Shown piece after piece: positions 1 to 8,557 of a stretch of DNA of 10,071 nt (position 1 is the first letter of the stretch; each line of letters starts with the position of its first letter). The stretch lies in contig NW_021827751.1 in assembly GCF_006345805.1 (NCBI RefSeq), positions 1 to 10,071 of the forward strand, given 5' to 3'. Under the pieces are notes generated by a model. The model saw only the letters and a list, made by a program, of their open reading frames with translations, made no database searches and had not been told where the DNA came from. This stretch comes from Octopus sinensis. Taxonomy: Eukaryota. The translations under genes were made by a program, and so were the position numbers.

Positions 1-380
1 TCTCTTCTTCTTCTCCTCCTTCTTTTTTTCTTCTTCTTCTCCTTTTTCTCTCTTCTTTTTCTTCTTCTTCTTCTCCTTCTTCTTCTTCTTCTTCTTCTTC
101 TCCTTCTTCTCTCTTCTGCTTCTTCCTCCTTCTTCTTCTTCTCTTCTTCTCCTCCTTCTTTTTTCTTCTTCTTTTTTTTCTTTTTCTTCTTCTTCTTCTT
201 CTTCTTCTTCCCCCCCTCCTCCCCCTCCTCCTCCTCTCATTCTTCTTAATCTTCGTCTCCTCCTCCTCCTCTCCCTTTTCTTCTTCTTCGTCTCCTCTTC
301 TTTTTCTTCTTAATCATCATCCTCATCATCACCTTATCATCATCACCGTCTTCTTTTCTTCTTTTTCTTCTTCTTCTTCA
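1..380. repeat. Polypyrimidine (CTT)n/(CCT)n degenerate microsatellite
   Basis: Near-continuous TTC/CTC triplets with very few purines; a short (CAT) stretch near 313-345. Confidence 0.95.
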
Positions 381-589
381 CCCACATCCCCTCATCGCTT
401 CCAACCACACCACCACCGCCACCACGCCCACCCCACCGCCGTGTCCTGTCTGCCACTTCATTTTCTCTTCCTAGCTTCCCCCAGCCCCTCCCACTCGCCC
501 CACACCTGTCTATTTAAAATACAATGAAGATAAATTGCTTGTCAACTTTAAATATAACCAAATTTATTGTGTATTGGTAAACATCTCTG

Positions 590-923
590 CCACCACCACC
601 ACCACCACCACCACCACCACCACTGCCACCACCACCACCACCACCACCACCACCACCACCATCATCATCAGCAACAGTATCACAACACTGCCACAACCTC
701 CACCGACACCACACCACTGTCACTAATATAATCACTATTAATAACATCAGCCTCATCATCCACATCATCATCACCATCACCATCATCATCATCATCACCA
801 TCACCACCACCACCATCATCATCACCACCACCACCATCATCATCACCACCACCACCATCATCATCACCACCACCACCATCACCACCATCATCATAATCAT
901 CATCATCATCACCACCACCATCA
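590..923. repeat. Compound (CAC)n/(CAT)n trinucleotide microsatellite
   Basis: (CAC)n at 590-660, then alternating (CAT)n/(CAC)n blocks at ~750-923. Confidence 0.95.
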
Positions 924-996
924 GCAACGGAATCTCTTCTGCAACATTCTAAACAAAGTAAATTCTTAAGTACAAAACTGAACAGACCACAGTTAC

Positions 997-2240
997 ATAA
1001 ATACATAGACACACACATACAACACACATACAACACACACATGCACACGCATGCACACACACATACATAAGGGAACACACAACACACACGCACACATATA
1101 TGTATATGTGTGTATTGAATACATATTTGCCTTCATATATGCATATATATGTGTGTGTGTGTGCATATGTATGTGCATGCAGCATATATGTATATATGCA
1201 TATGCACCCATACATACATGATATTATAATTCACATATATACATGTAGATATATGTATATAATATATATAATAATATAATATAGGCATCCATATACGTGT
1301 AGATATATATATATTATATATATATATATATATAATATATATATATATATAATAATCTACACATATATCTTATGTATGTATATGTATGCATATATAATAT
1401 AAAATATAATATAATATAATATATCCATATATATATATATAATATATATATATATATACATATATATTATATCACATAATATATATGTATGTATTGTATG
1501 CATATATAATATATATATATATATATACATACATATATCTATATGTAATATCGTGAATGTATATATACATGTATATATGGGTGCATTGCATCATCATCAT
1601 CATCTCATCATCATCATAGTCGTTTAGCGTCCGTTTCCATGCTAGCATGGGTTGGACAGTATATACTATAGTCTGTTGTATATATATATAATAATATATA
1701 ATATATATATATATAATATATTCGTATATATGCATACATGATGAGATGATGATTATGATGATGATATATATATATATGCATACATATATGTGTATATATA
1801 TATACATACACACACATATATGCATACATATACATATGCATGTGTGGGTGTATTCACACACACGTGTGTGCATGTTTGTATAAACACAGGTACCTAGGTA
1901 CATGCATATGAATATATAAATCTACCAATACTACATGCACAAATACATGTACACACATATACATTACGCATATATACATACAAACACACATACATATATA
2001 TTTGTATACATACGTATGTATATATATATACATAATATATAATACATATATATAATATATATATATATATAATATATATATATATATATTATATACAGGA
2101 AGGCATACACAATGTATGGAATTATAATTCCATATATATATATATATTATATATTATATAATATATATATATATATATAACATATATACATTTATATGTG
2201 TGTGGGTATATGCATGAGTATGTGTGTGCATGCATTTATA
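997..2240. repeat. Compound (CA)n/(TA)n/(CATA)n low-complexity microsatellite field
   Basis: Alternating purine-pyrimidine di/tetranucleotide runs throughout; contains a short retroelement tail at 1589-1657. Confidence 0.92.
1589..1657 (-). mobile_element. Very short 3' tip of RTE-type LINE (or LINE-tailed SINE) with (GAT)n tail
   Basis: (CAT)n-GTCGTTTAGCGTCCGTTTCCATGCTAGCATGGGTTGGAC closely matches 8368-8420 and 3933-3996 in this window. Confidence 0.8.
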
Positions 2241-2263
2241 AATAGTATACAAATTCACAGTCT

Positions 2264-2304
2264 CACACACAAACACACACACACACACACACACACTCTC
2301 ACAC

Positions 2305-2347
<43 letters not shown>

Positions 2348-2358
2348 ACACACACACA
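2264..2358. repeat. (CA)n microsatellite
   Basis: Near-perfect CA run with small interruptions. Confidence 0.95.
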
Positions 2359-2582
2359 AGACTAAAACATAATGAACAACAAGTAACCATTCTTATTTTT
2401 GCAGAAGCAAAGCTGAACAGAGTAAAGTGAGGACCATAATGTCTGAATCACTTCTCCGGTCAATAAACGATGTTAAAGACACACTATATTCTCATACAGG
2501 GTGTTGTAATTTCTGTTTCATGAATGACAGCCACATTACAAATAATTCTAACCATAAATTATTGGGGGAAAAGTCTGCACAT

Positions 2583-2715
2583 TGCTTTGTTTGTTTGTTC
2601 TTTTTGTTTTTGGTTTGTTGTTTTGTGTTGTTTTTTTTTTGTCTTTGTTTCTGTTTATGTGTTTTCTTCAATTTCTCTATCAATTCCTTTTTGTTTTTTT
2701 TTTTCCTATTTTGTT
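2583..2715. repeat. T-rich (GTTT)n-like low-complexity tract
   Basis: Degenerate TTTG repeats and poly-T runs. Confidence 0.85.
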
Positions 2716-2749
2716 GATCGTTAATAGGAAAGAAGAGAGAAAAAGGAAA

Positions 2750-2923
2750 TATATGCACATACAAACATACATACATACATACACACAAGCACACAGATAT
2801 ACAAATATATATACATATATATATTACATACACTTACATTACATACACACACATAAATATGTATATGCATATAGACATGTATATGTACATACATGTTGTG
2901 TGTGTATGTGTGTGTATATATAC

Positions 2924-2979
<56 letters not shown>

Positions 2980-3060
2980 TATATATATATACACATGCAT
3001 ATGTATATACATACGTACATATGTATGCATGTATGTATGTATGTATGTATATTATGCATA
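2750..3060. repeat. (CATA)n/(TA)n/(TATG)n compound microsatellite
   Basis: Direct inspection; long pure TA run at ~2936-2972. Confidence 0.93.
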
Positions 3061-3932
3061 ACTGAAATGTGAATTTATGGTTAAATTTTTGGTAAATAGA
3101 CCCATTTTCTGAAAGAAAATCTATCCCATTCAGGTCTCTGAGATAGATAGAAAGATGTTTTAAAAGCCAAGACACATTCCTTCAACATTTATTGTCTTTT
3201 TGGCTTTGATAAAAATGACAAACCTAAACTTCTGCAGTCATATATCTTTAAAATGGCTATTTCTAAAGAACACAGACAGTTGATTCTTTTCAATAAAAAT
3301 GATTGCATTAGGGGGAAAATTTAAAAAGAGCATGTCTGTAAATGTAAACTGAAAGTTTGTTACTATTCTTTAGAATATAATGTGAAATGTATATTTTTGG
3401 AGCTGCATGCAAAGAAAAAGCAAGCCATATTGGAAATACTTGAAAATGTTTCATTTTTCCTTCGTTTTCTTTTTATATCTTTTATTTCTTGCTTCTTTTA
3501 GTTTGCCTTTTGTTTGGATTTCACTTTTTATTGATTTTAAAAGAGATTTCATTGAAATAAATACTAGCTTTATTCTTATGGTTAAGTGAAATAGTTGTAG
3601 TTAAACTTTATATTATAAAATCTTCTTTCTATAACGCATCTACTGATATTTACAAATAGAATCAATTCTTTGCCAAGTCTTGAAACACAATGGGGGGGAA
3701 AAAATGTATATAATGTAGGCGGTTTAAAGAATATCTCAGAAACACAAAATATTGGCCATTATTTTTTCGCATTTTCCATCTTCTTCACATTATTAATTTG
3801 TATAATGGCAAAGAGTGAAATGATGGAAATAGCAGACAGCTTAACCAAGAGAACAACAGTTCTAATCCAATCACTGGCACTGAAACATATCCGCAACCAA
3901 GACACATATTTTTCAATAATCTGGAACACCTA

Positions 3933-4122
3933 CATCATCATCATCATCGTCATCATCAACATTTGACGTCTGTTTTCCTTGCTGGCATGGGTTGGATGGC
4001 TTAACAGGAGCTGGTAAGGCCAGGGGCTGCACCAGGTTTCATTGTCTGTTTTGGCAGGATGCCCTTCCTAATGCCAACCATGTTGCAGAGTGTACTGGGT
4101 GCTGGTTATGTGGTACCATCAC
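3933..4122 (-). mobile_element. Diverged 3' end of RTE-type LINE / LINE-tailed element with (GAT)n tail
   Basis: Collinear with 8368-8557: (CAT)n, TGCTGGCATGGGTTGGA, GGCTGCACCAG, GGATGCCCTTCCTAATGCCAACCA, GAGTGTACTGGGTGCT. It has a small internal deletion near 4057. Confidence 0.8.
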
Positions 4123-4163
4123 AACATACCATATGTAAGACTCAGTAGAATAAGCATCGATAT

Positions 4164-5129
4164 CAGTGGTGACAGCAGTGGCAATAGCAGCAGCAGCAGC
4201 AGTAGTGGCAGCAGTAGCGACAGCAGCAGCGACAGCAGTGGCAGCAGTGGCAGAGGCAGCGGCAGCAGTGGGAGTAGTGACAGCAGCAGGAGTAACAGCA
4301 GTGGTAGTGGTTATAGTAGAGATAAAGACAGCAGTAGCAGCGGCAGTAGTGGCTGTAGCAGCAGCAGCAGTAGTGGCAGCAGCAGCAGCAGTAGTGGCAG
4401 CAGCAGCAGCAGCAGTAGTGGCAGCAGCAGCAGCAGTAGTGGCAGCAGCAGCAGTGGCAGTAGCAGCAGCAGCAGCGGCAGTGGCAGCAGCAGTGGCAGT
4501 AACAGCAGTGTGGCAGCAGTGGCAGTAGCAGCGTGGCAGAAGTAGTGCAGCGGCAGGCATGCAACAGCAGCAGGATTAACGCAGTGGTAGTGGTTAGTGA
4601 GATAAGAGACAGCAGTAGCAGCGGCAGTAGTGGCTGTAGCAGCTCAGTAGTAGTGGCAGCAGCAGCAGTGGCAGTAGCAGCAGCAGCAGCGGCAGTGGCA
4701 GCAGCAACAGTGGCAGCAGTGGCAGTGGCAGTGGCAGCAGCAGCAGTGGCAGTGGCAGCAGCAGTGGCAGTAGCAGCAGTGGCAGTGGCAGCAGTGGCAG
4801 TAGCAGCAGTGGCAGAAGTAGTGGCAGCGGCAGGCATAGCAACAGCAGCAGGAGTAACAGCAGTGGTAGTGGCGATAGTGGAGACAAAGACAGCAGTGGC
4901 AGCAGCAGCAAAAGTGGCAACAACAGCAGCAGTGGCAGAAGCAACAGACGTGGTGGCAGCAGAGGCACAGACAACAGTGGTAGCAGCAGCAGCAGGAGCA
5001 CCAGGAGCAACATTAGCAGCAGAAGCACGGGCAGTGGTGGCACAGGCGGAAGTGGCAGCGGTTGTGGTGGCAGCAGCAATGGTGGGACCGGTGGCAATGG
5101 AGCCAGCGGTGACCATGGCAGCAGTAGCA
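4164..5129. repeat. Degenerate (GCA)n/GTG/GTA triplet array with ~281-bp higher-order triplication
   Basis: GCA runs punctuated by GTG/GTA; the marker GACAGCAGT following a GAGAYAA-like motif recurs at 4327, 4608 and 4889. Confidence 0.92.
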
Positions 5130-5190
5130 CTGATTTAATAAGTCATGAATGTTTTGGAGACTTCCTCGAAGCCCTGTGTATATTACTCCT

Positions 5191-5514
5191 GGTGAGGGCG
5201 CGTGGCTTAGTGGTTAGGGCTTCGGCTCATGATCGTAAGGTTGTGAGTTCGATTCCGGCGACGCGTTGTGTCCTTGAGCAAGACACTTTTTTTCACGTTG
5301 CTCCAGTCCACTCAGCTGGCAAAAATGATTGTCCTGTATTTCAAAGGGTCAGCCTTGTCACTCTCTGTGTCACGCTGATTATCCCCGAGAACTACGTTAA
5401 GGGTACACGTGTCTGTGGAATGCTCAGCCATTGCACGTTAATTTCACGAGCAAGCTGTTCCGTTGATCGTATCAGCTGGGACCCTCGTCGTCGTAACCGG
5501 CGGAGTCTTTTAAG
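5191..5514 (+). mobile_element. Full-length tRNA-derived SINE with CORE-like segment (SINE A)
   Basis: Pol III A box TGGCTTAGTGG (5203-5213), B box GTTCGATTCC (5247-5256), CORE-like GTGTCCTTGAGCAAGACACTT (5268-5288). Perfect 11-bp TSD ATATTACTCCT at 5180-5190 and 5515-5525. Confidence 0.9.
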
Positions 5515-5670
5515 ATATTACTCCTTCTCTCAAGAAGAAACGTTGGTCATTGTTGGCTAACGGTGCCTTCAGTAAACCATATAAGTTCTACAGAATCAGT
5601 GAGGCAAGAGGACATTTTGGATTGTTTGAACATGGCCATGTTTCTTGGGGAAGTGATGAGGATGAATTAG

Positions 5671-5697
5671 TTGTTGTTGTTGTTGTTGTTGTTGTTG
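5671..5697. repeat. (TTG)9 microsatellite, possibly the tail of a minus-strand retroelement fragment
   Basis: Perfect TTG run; the retroelement-tail interpretation is recollection only. Confidence 0.85.
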
Positions 5698-5778
5698 ATG
5701 TTTAGCCCAAGGCCGTGCATGATTGAACAGACCTATGGATCAAAGGAGTTCTTCTCAGTAATATCCATTGTTTATTCA

Positions 5779-6219
5779 GCTGCTGCCACTGCTGCTGCTG
5801 CTGCTGCCTCTACTGCTGCTGCTGCCACTGCTGCTGCTGTTGCTGCCACTGCTGCTGCTGTCACTGCTGCTGCTGCTGCTGCCACTGCTGCTGCTGTCAC
5901 TGCTGCTGCTGCTGCCACTACTGCTGCTGCTGCCACTGCTGCTGCTGCTGCCACTGCTGCTGCTGCTGCCACTGCTGCTGCTGCTGCCACTACTGCTGCT
6001 GCCACTGCTGCTGCTGCTGCCACTACTGCTGCTGCTGCCACTACTGCTGCTGCTGCCACTACTGCTGCTGCCACTGCTGCTGCTGCTGCCACTGCTGCTG
6101 CTGCTGCCACTACTGCTGCTGCTGCCACTACTGCTGCTGCTGCCACTGCTGCTGCTGCTGCCACTGCCACTGCTGCTGCTGCCACTGCCACTGCTGCTGC
6201 TGTTGTTGTTGCTGTTGTT
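5779..6219. repeat. (GCT)n-GCC-ACT triplet minisatellite ending in (GTT)n
   Basis: Highly regular units of (GCT)n-GCC-ACT(-ACT) with no frame-breaking indels; reverse-complement type of the 4164-5129 array. Confidence 0.95.
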
Positions 6220-6469
6220 AAGCAACAAGACGGGTAAGGGTGATTAGGTGATGGTCTAGGGCTTAGGGGCGGGAGACCCCAGACATTGGGAAAAAAAAAA
6301 AACTTTGGTCGTCTTGTAGTCGAGGGCTCTTCATTGACGCCCAACACCACTGGGAGGTGGCCCTCGAAGTCGCTGGAAATGGAGATCTCCAGGTCCAAAT
6401 TCTTGAACGGCTGCTGCTGCTCCCACTGCCGCTGCTGCTGTAGTACATCCAGCATCACATTATTTAATG

Positions 6470-6856
6470 TGGAGGTGCAATGGCCCAGTGATTAGGGCAG
6501 CGGACTCGCGGTCGTAGGATCGCGGTTTCGATTCCCAGACCGGGCGTTGTGAGTGTTTATTGATTGAAAACACCTAAAAGCTCCACGAGGCTCCGGCAGA
6601 GGATGGTGGTGATCCCTGCTGTACTCTATCACCACAACTTTCTCTCACTCTTACTTCCTGTTTCTGTTGTACCTGTATTTCAAAGGGCCGGCCTTGTCAC
6701 TCTCTGTGTCACGCTGAATATCCCCGAGAACTACGTTAAGGGTACACATGTCTGTGGAGTGCTCAGCCACTTACACGTTAATTTCACGAGCAGGCTGTTC
6801 CGTTGATCGGATCAACCGGAACCCTCGTCGTCGTAACCGACGGAGTGCTTCCATCC
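6470..6856 (+). mobile_element. Full-length tRNA-derived SINE (SINE B) sharing its 3' module with SINE A
   Basis: A-box-like TGGCCCAGTGA (6481-6491), B-box-like GTTTCGATTCC (6525-6535). 6672-6846 aligns to 5333-5506. 8-bp TSD ATTTAATG at 6462-6469 and 6857-6864. Confidence 0.9.
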
Positions 6857-7415
6857 ATTTAATGCGTCCTTTCCCTTCAAAAGTAGCTGTTTGCAACTGG
6901 GAAATGATTTGGCTGCTATTTCTAAGAAGTCAAACAGCCACATGGAAACTCCCTCTTTAGTTCTTTTACAAATTAAGGAGCAACAGGGATGGCTGAAACA
7001 TTAAAAGAATTAGATGCAAAATTTATAGAATTTATTTTCATCCGTATGAATGGCCGAAATTCAATGGATGGACCAGAAGATTTATCAATTATAGTTGTGG
7101 TCAGTAAGTAGAATATGCGGATGGATAGCTTATCTCGAGAATCTGGAAGTGCAGTTAGGATGGAATAACACAGCGAGATTAACGAAGTAGAATGATCAGA
7201 TTAGATTAGGAAGCAAGTCTCTAGATAAAGGTTATTGCGTAGCCTGGTTAAAAGACAAGTGTATCTGGATGCTGACGTATATCGATGATGGTGGTGGTGG
7301 TGGGGAACTGTAATAGAGGTCATCGGGTACAGCTTGATCCTGCAGCCTGGTTTCCACAGGATTCTCAGAACAAACAGTTAAAGATGCTGGCTATTGGGTG
7401 CAGATAGGGATATTC

Positions 7416-7746
7416 AAAGAGGAAAGGGAAATGAGAGGAGGAGGAGGAAGAGAATGAAAGGAAGAGAAGATGAGAGGTGGAAGGTGGAGAGGAAGTGGAG
7501 GGATGGAAGAAAGAAACAGAGAGAGGTGGGGAGAGCTGAAAAGAAGCAGAAGAGGAAAGAAGAGGGAGATGGAGAAGAAAGGAGGGGAAGGTGGCAAGAG
7601 GAAGGTTTATAGATTTAGCGGAGAGAAGACGAATAGGAGAGGCAGGGGATGTAGGGAAGGAAATAGAAAAGAAAGTAATATAGAAACTGAGGAGGAGAAA
7701 GCATGAAAGAATGTGTGTGAAGACGAGAGGAGAAATAAGAGAAAAA
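7416..7746. repeat. Polypurine (GA-rich) low-complexity tract
   Basis: Strong A/G bias with GGA/GAA/AGA motifs. Confidence 0.88.
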
Positions 7747-7896
7747 TTGACTAGAGGTAGGATTGAACTCAAGACAAAGACACATGATTAAATACCACAA
7801 AGTATTTTGTTCAATGCTTTACTGATTCTGCCATTAACAGTGAATGGTATTTTAGCAACCAAAATGTTATTTCTTTTCTAAAAATCGAAAACAAAA

Positions 7897-8052
7897 AGTG
7901 GCTATATGGTAAGAAGTTTGCTTCCCAACCACATGGTTCCAGGTTCAGTCCCACTGCACAGCACTTTGGGCAAGCATCTTCAACTATAGCCTCAGGCCAA
8001 CCAATGCCTTGTGAATGGATTTGGTTGGTAGAAACTGAAAGAAGTCCATCGC

Positions 8053-8088
<36 letters not shown>

Positions 8089-8090
8089 GA
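7897..8090 (+). mobile_element. Diverged tRNA-derived CORE-like SINE (SINE C) ending in a (CA)/(TA) microsatellite
   Basis: A-box-like TGGCTATATGG (7899-7909), B-box-like GGTTCAGTCCC (7942-7952), CORE-like GCACTTTGGGCAAGCATCTT (7961-7980). Resembles an abundant octopus SINE as I recall it. Confidence 0.8.
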
Positions 8091-8094
8091 TATA

Positions 8095-8196
8095 TCATAA
8101 AATCCATGTAAATTGCACACCTGTGAATTTATGCAGGTGATTTTCAGGATAAAATTTGTTAAAAAAAGCTTCTCCTCATGTAAAATTTGCACCCAA
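8095..8196 (+). mobile_element. Possible decayed 5' terminal region of a pogo/Tigger-like DNA transposon
   Basis: TA|TCATAAAATCC could be a CpG-decayed TA|CCGTA terminus. Repeated CATGTAAA..TTGCAC motifs at ~8105 and ~8177. Lies upstream of, and co-oriented with, the transposase relic at 8931. Confidence 0.35.
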
Positions 8197-8367
8197 AAGT
8201 TTTCAGAATTGCCAATATGGCCAGGGGAAAAAGGTTTTTAATGTAGTTGTATTTAGCATAATTTCACTTATTTGTGATTAGATTTCATTAAATTTTCATT
8301 AAATAAAAACCATTTCTGTTTAACAGGTATCACATTGAAAGCTATTAAATTACAAAATGTTTGTATT

Positions 8368-8557
8368 CATCATCATCATCATCGTTTAGCGTCCACTTTT
8401 CATGCTAGCACGGGTAGGACGGTTCAACTGGGGTCTGTGAAGCCAGGAGGCTGCACCAGACCCAGTCTGATCTGGCAGTGTTTCTATAGCTGGATGCCCT
8501 TCCTAACGCCAACCACTCCGTGAGTGTAGTGGGTGCTTTTTACGTGCCACCCGCACA
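8368..8557 (-). mobile_element. Well-preserved 3' end of RTE-type LINE / LINE-tailed element with (GAT)n tail
   Basis: Homologous to 1589-1657, 3933-4122 and, at its right end, 9163-9197, which is linked to an RTE ORF C-terminus. Possible short TSD GTATT (8363-8367 / 8558-8562). Confidence 0.85.

Noticed and set aside
920-960. Minus-strand micro-exon (TTTGTTTAG|AATGTTGCAGAAGAG...)
   Set aside because: Acceptor is plausible but the only donor is the weak GTGGTG in a microsatellite; no recognisable peptide.
514-1093. ORFs encoding poly-Met/Val, poly-Thr and Gly/Asp-rich peptides
   Set aside because: Read-through of (CAC)/(CAT) repeats; open in several frames; no domain signal.
949-3175. Many YI/CV/HT-rich ORFs
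   Set aside because: Translations of TA/CA dinucleotide repeats.
4039-5138. Ser/Gly-, Ala/Val-, Cys- and Leu/Pro-rich ORFs (mucin-, metallothionein- or silk-like)
   Set aside because: Overlapping frames on both strands of one triplet array, with frameshifting indels; expected for GCA repeats.
5194-5260. Possible tRNA genes (also 6471-6540 and 7897-7955)
   Set aside because: A/B boxes are present but I could not build a complete cloverleaf; each continues into a SINE body, two with TSDs.
5192-5560. 122-aa ORF and the similar 6564-6806 ORF (shared LVTLCVTL.IPENYVKGT)
   Set aside because: The similarity comes from the shared SINE 3' module; the frames diverge at an indel.
4164-6219. CRISPR-like array
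   Set aside because: No constant repeat with unique spacers, no cas genes, eukaryotic context.
7365-7800. Arg/Glu/Lys-rich and Ser/Leu/Phe-rich ORFs
   Set aside because: Product of the polypurine low-complexity tract.
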